DNA of 64,000 nucleotides from Macrostomum lignano (Eukaryota): NCBI GenBank assembly GCA_002269645.1, contig NIVC01001776.1, positions 388,809 to 452,808 of the forward strand, read 5' to 3'. Shown piece by piece: positions 9,904 to 17,904 of this stretch (position 1 is its first letter; each line of letters starts with the position of its first letter). The notes under the pieces were generated by a model. It saw only the letters and a program-made list of their open reading frames with translations, ran no database searches and was not told where the DNA came from. The position numbers and the translations under genes were made by a program.

Positions 9904-11476
9904 AATTATAAAAGAAAAATCATCATATGTATTATATCTAGATGCAAACAATTTATATGGTGGTTGTATGAAACAAAAATTACCAATAGCTAATTTCAAA
10001 TTGGAAGATGACCCCGATTATTACAAAAATATTCCCGAAGGAAGGGGCTGTATCGTAGAAGTGGATTTGCAATATACTCGGGAAGCAAAAGCAAAAACAT
10101 ATAAATATCCTTTAGCTCCAGAGCATTGTTCAGTTAATGAAGATGATTTATCACAAACACAAAAAGATTATCTTAAAGTAGATAATGCAAAACATCTAGC
10201 AACAAAAAAATTAATATTAAATTTACATGATAAGAAAAACTATGTAGTGCATTATAAGCTTCTACAATTTTATGAAAAGCAGGGATTAAAAGTGTCTAAA
10301 GTACATCGAATAATATCGTTTATTGAGGAAGATTGGTTAGCTAAATATATTGACTTTAATTCAAATCAGAGACAGATGTCAAAAACTAATTTTGAGAAAG
10401 ATTATTGGAAATTAATGAATAATGCTTTTTATGGAAAAACGGTTGAAAATATTAGAGATAGAACCCAATTCCATTTAGAAAAGGATATTGATAAAGCAAA
10501 GAAATATTTCTCAAAACCTAACTTTAAAGATTTTATAAAATTTGATGATAACTTTATGGGCATTCATATGAGAAATAAAACAACAAAATTTCTTAAACCA
10601 ATATTTATTGGAATGGTTGTTTTAGATTATGCAAAGCTAGTAATGTATGAATATTATTATGATGTTATAAATAAAACATGGCCAGATAACTATCCAATAT
10701 ATGCAGACACCGACAGTTTGGTATTTAAGGTTGAAACACCAGATCGTGCAAAGCACGCGAACCAAGGGTTCGATGTCTATAAAGATATGGAAAAAATTAA
10801 GGATACATTGGACACATCAGACTATCCAGATAACCATCCCTTAAAATCGAATCAAAATAAGAAAGTTGTACTTAAAATGAAAGATGAATTAAATAGTAAA
10901 ATCATAACCGAGTTTATAGCAATAAGATCAAAATGCTATGCATTTAAAGTTTTAGGACAGGAGGGAGAGGTAAAAAAAATAAAAGGGGTATCAAGGGCAG
11001 CAGTTAAAAAGATAACATTTGATGATTATAAAAACGTACTTTTAGATTACCTTAATACAATTGAAAATTATCATGCTCCACAATATCGATTAAATTCAGA
11101 TAAGCATCAAATGTTTGTCATCGAGACAGATAAAAAAACATTAAGTCCATTTGATGATAAAAGATATTTAGATGATAAAATTAAAACATATCCATATGGT
11201 TTAAAAGAAGAGATAAAAAATATGATAAAAGATAAAAAACAAAAAGAAGATATAATAAGCAAATATAATGAATACAAAGCAGCAATAAATAATTATTATT
11301 ACGATTGTGATTGTGAATCCGAATGTGAATGTGAATATAATACATTTCTAGAATATGAAAAAGATATAGATAATTATACTGCAACATTTCCAAAAGAACT
11401 TAAAAAATTAAACAAGGAAAAAGTCTTGGATAACTGGAAGAGATTAACAGAAAAACTAATAATGGTAAAAAACTAA
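9902..11476 (+). CDS. polB: Protein-primed family B DNA polymerase, C-terminal polymerase domain (+1 frame relative to the N-terminal part)
   Basis: This frame is open from 9881 and reads KEKSSYVLYLDANNLYGGCM (motif A) upstream of the ORF-track ATG at 9968, then KLMNNAFYGK (motif B), YADTDSL (motif C), RSKCY and KIKGV. Confidence 0.96.
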   Translation, partial: KIIKEKSSYVLYLDANNLYGGCMKQKLPIANFKLEDDPDYYKNIPEGRGCIVEVDLQYTREAKAKTYKYPLAPEHCSVNEDDLSQTQKDYLKVDNAKHLATKKLILNLHDKKNYVVHYKLLQFYEKQGLKVSKVHRIISFIEEDWLAKYIDFNSNQRQMSKTNFEKDYWKLMNNAFYGKTVENIRDRTQFHLEKDIDKAKKYFSKPNFKDFIKFDDNFMGIHMRNKTTKFLKPIFIGMVVLDYAKLVMYEYYYDVINKTWPDNYPIYADTDSLVFKVETPDRAKHANQGFDVYKDMEKIKDTLDTSDYPDNHPLKSNQNKKVVLKMKDELNSKIITEFIAIRSKCYAFKVLGQEGEVKKIKGVSRAAVKKITFDDYKNVLLDYLNTIENYHAPQYRLNSDKHQMFVIETDKKTLSPFDDKRYLDDKIKTYPYGLKEEIKNMIKDKKQKEDIISKYNEYKAAINNYYYDCDCESECECEYNTFLEYEKDIDNYTATFPKELKKLNKEKVLDNWKRLTEKLIMVKN

Positions 11477-11860
11477 AGCATGTAATTGTTTAAGCATAAT
11501 ATCCATTTCAATTTCATATTTTATTGAGCACCAATTGTCCTCACAGTCGGTGGGGTAACTTAAACATTCTTTTACTTTTTTCCTAAGTACTTTTATTCGT
11601 CTAACCAACCTATCTATTTCGATTTCAATTACTGTTTCAGCATAAGCAATTGCAGATTTAATAAAACGTTTTCTTTTATCTATCTCATATCGGATGGGAA
11701 ACATATCATCGTGCCACTGGCACGCGGACTCCGTCCGATCCCCATAATCACTATAAAACATTTTATTTAATTTTTTATTAATATCATTAAGTTCACGCTC
11801 TTTAGTGATAAGGATTTTTATCGTATCATCGATACGCGTGTTTTGCACGATCGTCTCCAT
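11456..11860 (-). CDS. Hypothetical helical protein (134 aa)
   Basis: Compact ORF with AAAATG start, convergent with polB, coiled-coil-like composition. No family recognised. Confidence 0.6.
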   Translation of the reverse strand: METIVQNTRIDDTIKILITKERELNDINKKLNKMFYSDYGDRTESACQWHDDMFPIRYEIDKRKRFIKSAIAYAETVIEIEIDRLVRRIKVLRKKVKECLSYPTDCEDNWCSIKYEIEMDIMLKQLHALVFYHY

Positions 11861-11875
11861 TTTCTTATAAAAAAT

Positions 11876-12208
11876 TTAGTCTTCGGAGTCATCCTCCCAA
11901 ACAGCCGCCAATTTTACAGTCCTGTCACTCTTTTTATTATTTGTTTGTTTTAGTTTAAATTGTAACCCACCCTCCATACTGTATTTCATAACAAACGCTT
12001 TAGGTTTATTAATAACTAAAACTGGAAAATTTTTAACATCATTCCCACTTAGACATAGTATTGTTTGTCCATCTAATTGTAAAAATATCGATTGAAGTCC
12101 AATAAATTTAACCTGTCTTAAACATATAATATTATATTCTTTATTCTCCAACATATTGGGTGTGAGATAATTAATTACATTAGAATCGGTTTTGAACGAG
12201 CTCTCCAT
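11876..12208 (-). CDS. Hypothetical beta-rich protein with acidic tail (110 aa)
   Basis: TAAAAATG start at 12208. Alternating hydrophobic strands, ending WEDDSED. Confidence 0.6.
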   Translation of the reverse strand: MESSFKTDSNVINYLTPNMLENKEYNIICLRQVKFIGLQSIFLQLDGQTILCLSGNDVKNFPVLVINKPKAFVMKYSMEGGLQFKLKQTNNKKSDRTVKLAAVWEDDSED

Positions 12209-12233
12209 TTTTAATCTAAAAAATAACAAAAAA

Positions 12234-12746
12234 ATGAAAGACATTTATGATTGTAATAAATGTAACGTGACTATGCACAGAGCTCAAACAGCAAACGGAG
12301 ATATATATCATATGTGTTATTCATGTTCTAAAATATATCAATTTGAAAAAACAAAAAAGATTGAAAACTCATATTACTATTTTAAAAACACAATTTTAAG
12401 AAATCTTACAAGAGACATTTCTAATCCAATTTTAATTCCAGGAAATAATGTTTATTTATATAATAACTTTTTCCATTTAAATAAAGGAAAGGGATTAAGT
12501 TCGAAAGACTCTGAAAGGATTTTAATTTTAGTTGGATATTATTTTAATTTTCTTATTCGGGAGAATACAAAGTTTATAAGGATAGGTAACATACCTAACG
12601 AAATGTTATTGAAAAAGTCATTGGAATTTTTATGTATTGATAAAAAATTTAAACCTAGGATCAGAAGAGAGTTACCACTTTGGGAAGAATATATAACATA
12701 TGCATTAAATAAATTAAACAACATTAAGTTCTACAGTACTACCTGA
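12234..12746 (+). CDS. Zn-ribbon protein (170 aa), possibly a transcription factor
   Basis: AAAAATG start at 12234. CNKC-x17-CYSC ribbon followed by a helical domain. Confidence 0.6.
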   Translation: MKDIYDCNKCNVTMHRAQTANGDIYHMCYSCSKIYQFEKTKKIENSYYYFKNTILRNLTRDISNPILIPGNNVYLYNNFFHLNKGKGLSSKDSERILILVGYYFNFLIRENTKFIRIGNIPNEMLLKKSLEFLCIDKKFKPRIRRELPLWEEYITYALNKLNNIKFYSTT

Positions 12747-13370
12747 CCGCGGGCTTTGTACACCAGTACCTGTAGTTTCAGGTTCGTAAATACCTAATGT
12801 ATCTATAGGTGGAGCTTTGGGTTTGTCCAAACGTAATTCTTTTAATTCTATATCGGTAAAAGTTTCAACATCTAAAATTCTATTTCTATCTTTTAAATAT
12901 TTTTCATATAACTCAACCGCAGTTGATAATTCATGAATCGTTATCTCTCCATCATCCAATATTTTTTGCACATATAAATATAACTGATTTTTATATTGTT
13001 TAGCAATATCTCTTAATGATTTATATTTTTCCTTTCTTTTTTTAAGATATAATTTAATTGCTAAAAGTATTGATAAGTTTCTGATTAATTCAAAACCTGA
13101 TATTGAGCCAATTGAAATACCTAAAAATAATTGAGATAAATTAAGAGTTGGAATAGATTGTAAAATACCTAAAACGATTACACATAACATTGATAAACTT
13201 CCAAATCCAATATTGAAAAAATCCATATTTCTGATATGGTTTGAAATCCTTCTTACTTTTTTAGCATATAAATCATAATCATAGTTAATACGCTCAACAT
13301 TACTTAACATGTGACCTTTACGTTGGTTAAAATGGTCTCGTTCCCTTTTATCTGCTTCAGACACCGACAT
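12714..13370 (-). CDS. Two-transmembrane protein of the adintovirus 'GasderminX'-like class
   Basis: Two hydrophobic segments followed by KKRKEKY...IA...KILDDGEIT..EL....E.YEKY, which matches my recollection of this Polinton family motif (KAL.DG.IS..EF). Confidence 0.65.
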   Translation of the reverse strand: MSVSEADKRERDHFNQRKGHMLSNVERINYDYDLYAKKVRRISNHIRNMDFFNIGFGSLSMLCVIVLGILQSIPTLNLSQLFLGISIGSISGFELIRNLSILLAIKLYLKKRKEKYKSLRDIAKQYKNQLYLYVQKILDDGEITIHELSTAVELYEKYLKDRNRILDVETFTDIELKELRLDKPKAPPIDTLGIYEPETTGTGVQSPRSGSTVELNVV

Positions 13371-13699
13371 TCTCGTCTATTTTTAATAGCACTAAAATGA
13401 ATTCCCCGCGCTCTTTGGGGATTTGTCCCGAGCTCAATAGGTATTGTATTGGACTTATTCTTTCTTTTTTTCTCCCATTTAAATCCAATTTTCCAAAACT
13501 CTTGAAGGATAATATGGTTTTTTAATAATTTAATTAATTCTTGAAGTTTCTTATTATCCTGAACATTCACTCCACTAAATAAAATTCGAGTATGAGATTT
13601 AAAAGTTTTTATATTTGATTCTTGTTTAGGAATTGGAATGATAACATTATTTTGCCGCATCGATGGAGTTCTACTAAAAGCCATTTTATATATAAACAT
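13304..13699 (-). CDS. Hypothetical basic protein
   Basis: ATGs at 13699 and 13684, both in AAAATG context. Fills the gap in the minus-strand gene block, and its 3' end overlaps the next gene. Confidence 0.5.
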   Translation of the reverse strand: MFIYKMAFSRTPSMRQNNVIIPIPKQESNIKTFKSHTRILFSGVNVQDNKKLQELIKLLKNHIILQEFWKIGFKWEKKRKNKSNTIPIELGTNPQRARGIHFSAIKNRRECRCLKQIKGNETILTNVKVTC

Positions 13700-13700
13700 T

Positions 13701-15686
13701 TTATATAGCTACAGGTGGTTCTTCCAAATACCCAGTAGAAGGAAAAACATAACCAAACGATGTGCTACCACAAACAGCTGCGCCACGAATAAAATGTGCA
13801 GCATCCGATCCTCCAGTTCGAGCACCAAAACCCATAAGAGTTCCCGTTTTATCCAAATTTCCCCAATTTCCACTATCATATGTGAAAACGTTCTGCCCAA
13901 TGAGGGTATAAGAATCGGCTAAAACATTGTATGAATGAATTCTATACCAAACCCTTTGATTAAGAATATTGATTTCAAATAAATGCCAATCACCGTTATC
14001 AATATTAGCATAGGTTATAGTTTGATCGGCGTCATTAAGAACATCATTACGAACTGTTGCTCCGTCTGATTTTACATTACTCCAAACAACCCCAACTCTG
14101 TCATGCCACTCACTCGCAAACACTATCAAGCCGGCGTTGGTTGTTAATCCGGATCCAAATTCACTTGTTGGCCGTTCGTGACAATATGCATAAAACCAAA
14201 CAGCGTCAGCACCATCTCCTGTAGAATTAGCAACTCGGAAAAAGAAAGAGGCAGATATATTACGAAAATGGGTGAAATTAAATTGTAACGCCCCAGACCG
14301 ACCCGATGCTTCATCAGTAATTCTAGAACCATTTTGATAATCAATATATACAGCGTCTCCAACGAAACTTCCTGTTGGAAAAATATCGCCGGCAGTGGTT
14401 GGATTTTGATACCCAGCCCAATTGCAAATTACGGGTTCGTACAAAGCGGCATCAATCGCAGGTATTCCATCCAATTTTATTTTATCGTTAAAAGACATTC
14501 GGCCATCTGCCGTTTGGGTTACTCGCGTATCAACATAACCTTTAGTAACAACAGAACTGTTATTGTTTATAGTAGAGATATTAGTAATTGTATTACCACC
14601 CATATCAATTGATTGATTAACAACTCCTAAATTTAAATCAAGAATTGTAAAAGTCTGTCTATAAATCTGAAAAGTTGATAAGCCGGGGTTGGTTGAACCC
14701 GATATTGATGTAAGACAGAACAATCTGAAATATGAATATGTTTTATCAAAATTTTGTGTGACATTAATTGTTTGAGTTGAGTTATTTATTTCTACAGAAC
14801 TGCCAGCCGGTATTAAAACATCCCAGCTCGTATTGTCGTTACTCCCCTCAAATCGCCATGATGCTGGGTGCTCGGTTGATGGTGATGGTCTACCACGTAA
14901 ATCAATTTTATAACACATTATCGCGGAAGGACATTGGACTTGAATCCAATAATCGGTTTGAGTATTATTTGTTGCCCAATCTGTTGAATCATTACCATCA
15001 AACGCTTTCCAACTTGCAAAATCAGTTGTATTAAATTCAGTGCTTGCGGTTATTGCAAAACCATTTCCGCTCCAATCTGCCATAGTTGGTACGTGTCCGG
15101 TTTCAACCGTTTGGAATCGATCCTGCTTTGGGGCTCCACCTCCAACTAAATTATCAACTTCGGTTTTGCTATAAGAATCAGTTATATCTCTTTTTAAATT
15201 TAAGGAATTATCAACTTCAGTTTTGGTATAAGAATCAGTTATATCTCTTTTTAAATTTAGGGAATTATCAACTTCAGTTTTGGTATAAGAATCGGTTATA
15301 TCTCTTTTCAAATTTAAGGAATTATCAACTTCAGTTTTGGTATAAGAATCGGCAATATTCCGTTTCAAATTTAAGGAATTATCAACTTCGGTTTTGGTAT
15401 AAGAATCAGTTATATTTCTTTTTAAATTTAGGGAATTATCAACTTCGGTTTTGGTATAAGAATCGGCAACATTCCGTTTTAAATTTAATGAATCATCTAT
15501 TTGAGTTTTGGTATAGGAATCTGCAACATTTCTTTTTAAATTTAGTTTATTATCAATTTCAGTTTTTTTATAACCTTCATCTTCATTAATATATCGGTTA
15601 TCTCCGAATGTAACACTTATTCCACCACTTGTACCACCACCAGTACTTGATGTTCCGTTCCATGAGGGTGTTCCAGAAAATATCAT
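13701..15686 (-). CDS. Fibre/receptor-binding protein: 19-aa shaft repeats, F5/8 (discoidin)-like domain, fibre neck motif, L-type (ConA-like) lectin domain
   Basis: About 7.5 copies of YTKTEVDNSLNLKRDITDS. ITASTEF..WKAFDG...W...WIQV...SWRFEGSND..SW...YFRL (discoidin). IDMGGNTITNI...VVTKGYVD (neck). GDGADAVWF...GFGARTGGSDAAHFIR (L-lectin-like). Confidence 0.8.
   Translation of the reverse strand: MIFSGTPSWNGTSSTGGGTSGGISVTFGDNRYINEDEGYKKTEIDNKLNLKRNVADSYTKTQIDDSLNLKRNVADSYTKTEVDNSLNLKRNITDSYTKTEVDNSLNLKRNIADSYTKTEVDNSLNLKRDITDSYTKTEVDNSLNLKRDITDSYTKTEVDNSLNLKRDITDSYSKTEVDNLVGGGAPKQDRFQTVETGHVPTMADWSGNGFAITASTEFNTTDFASWKAFDGNDSTDWATNNTQTDYWIQVQCPSAIMCYKIDLRGRPSPSTEHPASWRFEGSNDNTSWDVLIPAGSSVEINNSTQTINVTQNFDKTYSYFRLFCLTSISGSTNPGLSTFQIYRQTFTILDLNLGVVNQSIDMGGNTITNISTINNNSSVVTKGYVDTRVTQTADGRMSFNDKIKLDGIPAIDAALYEPVICNWAGYQNPTTAGDIFPTGSFVGDAVYIDYQNGSRITDEASGRSGALQFNFTHFRNISASFFFRVANSTGDGADAVWFYAYCHERPTSEFGSGLTTNAGLIVFASEWHDRVGVVWSNVKSDGATVRNDVLNDADQTITYANIDNGDWHLFEINILNQRVWYRIHSYNVLADSYTLIGQNVFTYDSGNWGNLDKTGTLMGFGARTGGSDAAHFIRGAAVCGSTSFGYVFPSTGYLEEPPVAI
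15130..15570 (-). repeat. 57-bp coding tandem repeat (fibre shaft)
   Basis: The unit ...GGAATTATCAACTTCAGTTTTGGTATAAGAATC... repeats about 7.5 times. Boundaries are approximate. Confidence 0.9.
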
Positions 15687-15696
15687 TTTTTACTGT

Positions 15697-16137
15697 CTAT
15701 TTTATAGAGTCTAAAATCGTCTTAAATACTTCGGGAGTTACACGAGCTTCCTTCGAAAGTCGATATAAAAAATACAACGCCGCTTGCCCGCAATAACTTT
15801 TGTCAAAGGTTTGAAATTGTTCGTGATAATCTCCACATAAACGATTTTTAGTATGATTAAATTTATCTTTTATTTCCTGTAACGGAGGAAGCGCGTATGA
15901 ATCAAAAAAATAAACAAGTTTAGGTTTGGAATAAACTGCTGACCAATGAACCCCGTTTTCTTTTGTTGTTTCAATATTAACAATGAAAGATCCATATTGT
16001 GGTAAGTCTTTGATCTCATCTCGCATAACACATCTGAATGGTTTTATTTTTAGTTGTCGCGCCCAATTTGTTAATTCGATATTGCTTGTTGTGTCTGTTC
16101 CATATCTTTGTTTGAACAAATGCCAATTCATAGTCAT
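15697..16137 (-). CDS. PRO: Adenain-like cysteine maturation protease
   Basis: GVHW (His), YFFDSY (Asp), QFQ (oxyanion Gln) and YCG (Cys) occur in adenain order. Confidence 0.93.
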   Translation of the reverse strand: MTMNWHLFKQRYGTDTTSNIELTNWARQLKIKPFRCVMRDEIKDLPQYGSFIVNIETTKENGVHWSAVYSKPKLVYFFDSYALPPLQEIKDKFNHTKNRLCGDYHEQFQTFDKSYCGQAALYFLYRLSKEARVTPEVFKTILDSIK

Positions 16138-16138
16138 T

Positions 16139-16309
16139 TTATGTTCCTGAAAAACTCTTGGTTTTAGTTAGTTTCGTAGGTTTGGATTTTAACAGTTCCT
16201 TTCGGATTTTTTCTGCTTGTAATTGTTTCAATTTTGTTAGTTCGATTTCATAATTATCCTTTGCATTTTGAACTTTATCTGATTGTTTTTTTAAACTATT
16301 GTTACCCAT
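16139..16309 (-). CDS. Small basic 56-aa protein, below the ORF-track cut-off
   Basis: Translated by hand: MGNNSLKKQSDKVQNAKDNYEIELTKLKQLQAEKIRKELLKSKPTKLTKTKSFSGT. TAAAAATG start. Fits exactly between the penton stop and the protease ATG. Confidence 0.65.
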   Translation of the reverse strand: MGNNSLKKQSDKVQNAKDNYEIELTKLKQLQAEKIRKELLKSKPTKLTKTKSFSGT

Positions 16310-16319
16310 TTTTACAATA

Positions 16320-17105
16320 TTAAACCTGTTTTATACGTAAAATTACTGTTATTGATTGCCCACCAAAACTTATTAATCTATCGGTTTCATCTACAATCCT
16401 AATATAAATTGATTGAACACTATATTGATTTAAAGGATAATATATTGGGGTTTGGGGTGAAACAATCATTTTCTCTCCAATTGGAACAGCAAGAAATGGG
16501 ATGGAATAAATAATTCCACGTTGAACCAAAACTCCATTATCGTCTGTTATATAACCACCGTTTGATATGTCGGTTGTAATATTAATTGTATTAACACCAC
16601 CCTCAATATTTCCCACTGTATCACCGGTGCTTGATGTGGTAACTATTCGGGAATTAAATCCAAGTATGGTTCTGAGTGAATTTGCAATTGTGAAATCAAC
16701 CTGATATCCGGATCCTAGTGATAGTGTGAACCTGCCAGATGGTAAATCGACTCCTATAACAATCGCGCCTGCTACCCAATCTCCATTAGCTGTTAATTCT
16801 CCTTCTATATAAGCATTCAAATCAGTATAGCTATACGCTCCTGGGTTAACGCTAAATGTTGTCCAATTGGCTCCGGAATCTTTAGAATATCTAAATTGAT
16901 TATTTGTTGCATTAATTAATTGAGGCATGTTAAAAACTGAAAATAGTATCAAACCTATTTGATAACTTAGGCTTTGATCGAGTTGTAATGGATCGCGCAA
17001 TTGAATACGTTGTTCACTGGTTGTCATTATAAACTGTAAGGTTGTACTAAATTTTGAATTAGTTCGATCTACCAATTGTTTTATAGTATCTAAATTTGTA
17101 GCCAT
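16320..17105 (-). CDS. mCP: Minor capsid protein (penton, single jelly-roll)
   Basis: PLQLD..YQIGL, NNQFRY, PGAYSYTDLN, TILGF, YYPL...IRIVDETDRLISFGGQSITVILRIK are typical Polinton penton motifs. Confidence 0.88.
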   Translation of the reverse strand: MATNLDTIKQLVDRTNSKFSTTLQFIMTTSEQRIQLRDPLQLDQSLSYQIGLILFSVFNMPQLINATNNQFRYSKDSGANWTTFSVNPGAYSYTDLNAYIEGELTANGDWVAGAIVIGVDLPSGRFTLSLGSGYQVDFTIANSLRTILGFNSRIVTTSSTGDTVGNIEGGVNTINITTDISNGGYITDDNGVLVQRGIIYSIPFLAVPIGEKMIVSPQTPIYYPLNQYSVQSIYIRIVDETDRLISFGGQSITVILRIKQV

Positions 17106-17119
17106 TTTTATAGTGGAAA

Positions 17120-17884
17120 TTATTCCTCTTCTTCCTCATCGTCTTCTTTTATAAGATCTTTTAAGATTCGATTTTTCCTTTCTAACCTCGGATTGATATA
17201 AATATGTTTGTATTGGCTATCATCCCAAATTTTTTTACATATACTTTTAAATGGTTTTATATCCAACCCTGGATTAAATCTAGCGTGTATATTTTGTAAA
17301 TCAAAGCTATCTAAATCAAACATTACACAACAGCTAGCATTCTTTTTTATAATCGATTCTAAATCTCTAAAAGACTGTGTTAGATAAAAAGCTCCAATTC
17401 CATCTCCTCTACCACTAACAAAAATTTCCTTTTGCAATTCTTGATCGCCATCATTAATACAATCATCAAAAATAATTAGTGTTTTATCATGTTTTGGAAT
17501 TTGATCATAGGCTAATCGGGTTGATACTCTAACAGTTGGGGCTCGGTTGTTAATGTTATCTGATTCTTTTGCAGTTGTTTTACATAAATCCTCAATGTCA
17601 TCGAGTGTAAATCTTGGTTCATCATCGTCCTCATATTGCTCATATGCTCTTAACATTCTAAACATAATATCTTTTTTTAATTTGTTTTTTAATCCATGTT
17701 TAAGAAATTCATAATATTTTATTCTAGGTTTGTTAGTATAAATTATTAAATTATTATAGTCTAGCATTCCATCTGTTGTTAATAAATCGTAAACAAAGTG
17801 TGTTTTTCCTTTACCCGATCCTCCGATTACTAAACAAAGAAAAGGATCGTTTGGAAATATCTTATCATGTTTTGCTTTTACCAT
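17120..17884 (-). CDS. ATP: A32/FtsK-like DNA packaging ATPase
   Basis: Walker A GGSGKGKT, Walker B LIIFDD, SGR (Arg finger) and YLTQS. Confidence 0.95.
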   Translation of the reverse strand: MVKAKHDKIFPNDPFLCLVIGGSGKGKTHFVYDLLTTDGMLDYNNLIIYTNKPRIKYYEFLKHGLKNKLKKDIMFRMLRAYEQYEDDDEPRFTLDDIEDLCKTTAKESDNINNRAPTVRVSTRLAYDQIPKHDKTLIIFDDCINDGDQELQKEIFVSGRGDGIGAFYLTQSFRDLESIIKKNASCCVMFDLDSFDLQNIHARFNPGLDIKPFKSICKKIWDDSQYKHIYINPRLERKNRILKDLIKEDDEEEEE

Positions 17885-17904
17885 TTTTAATGAAATAATT
17901 TTAA

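Noticed and set aside
15086-15589. Antisense ORFs in the Polinton (also 11181-11393, 13638-13922, 14334-14612, 14768-15034, 19063-19263, 22579-22800)
   Set aside because: They are shadows of real genes on the opposite strand, with no motifs.
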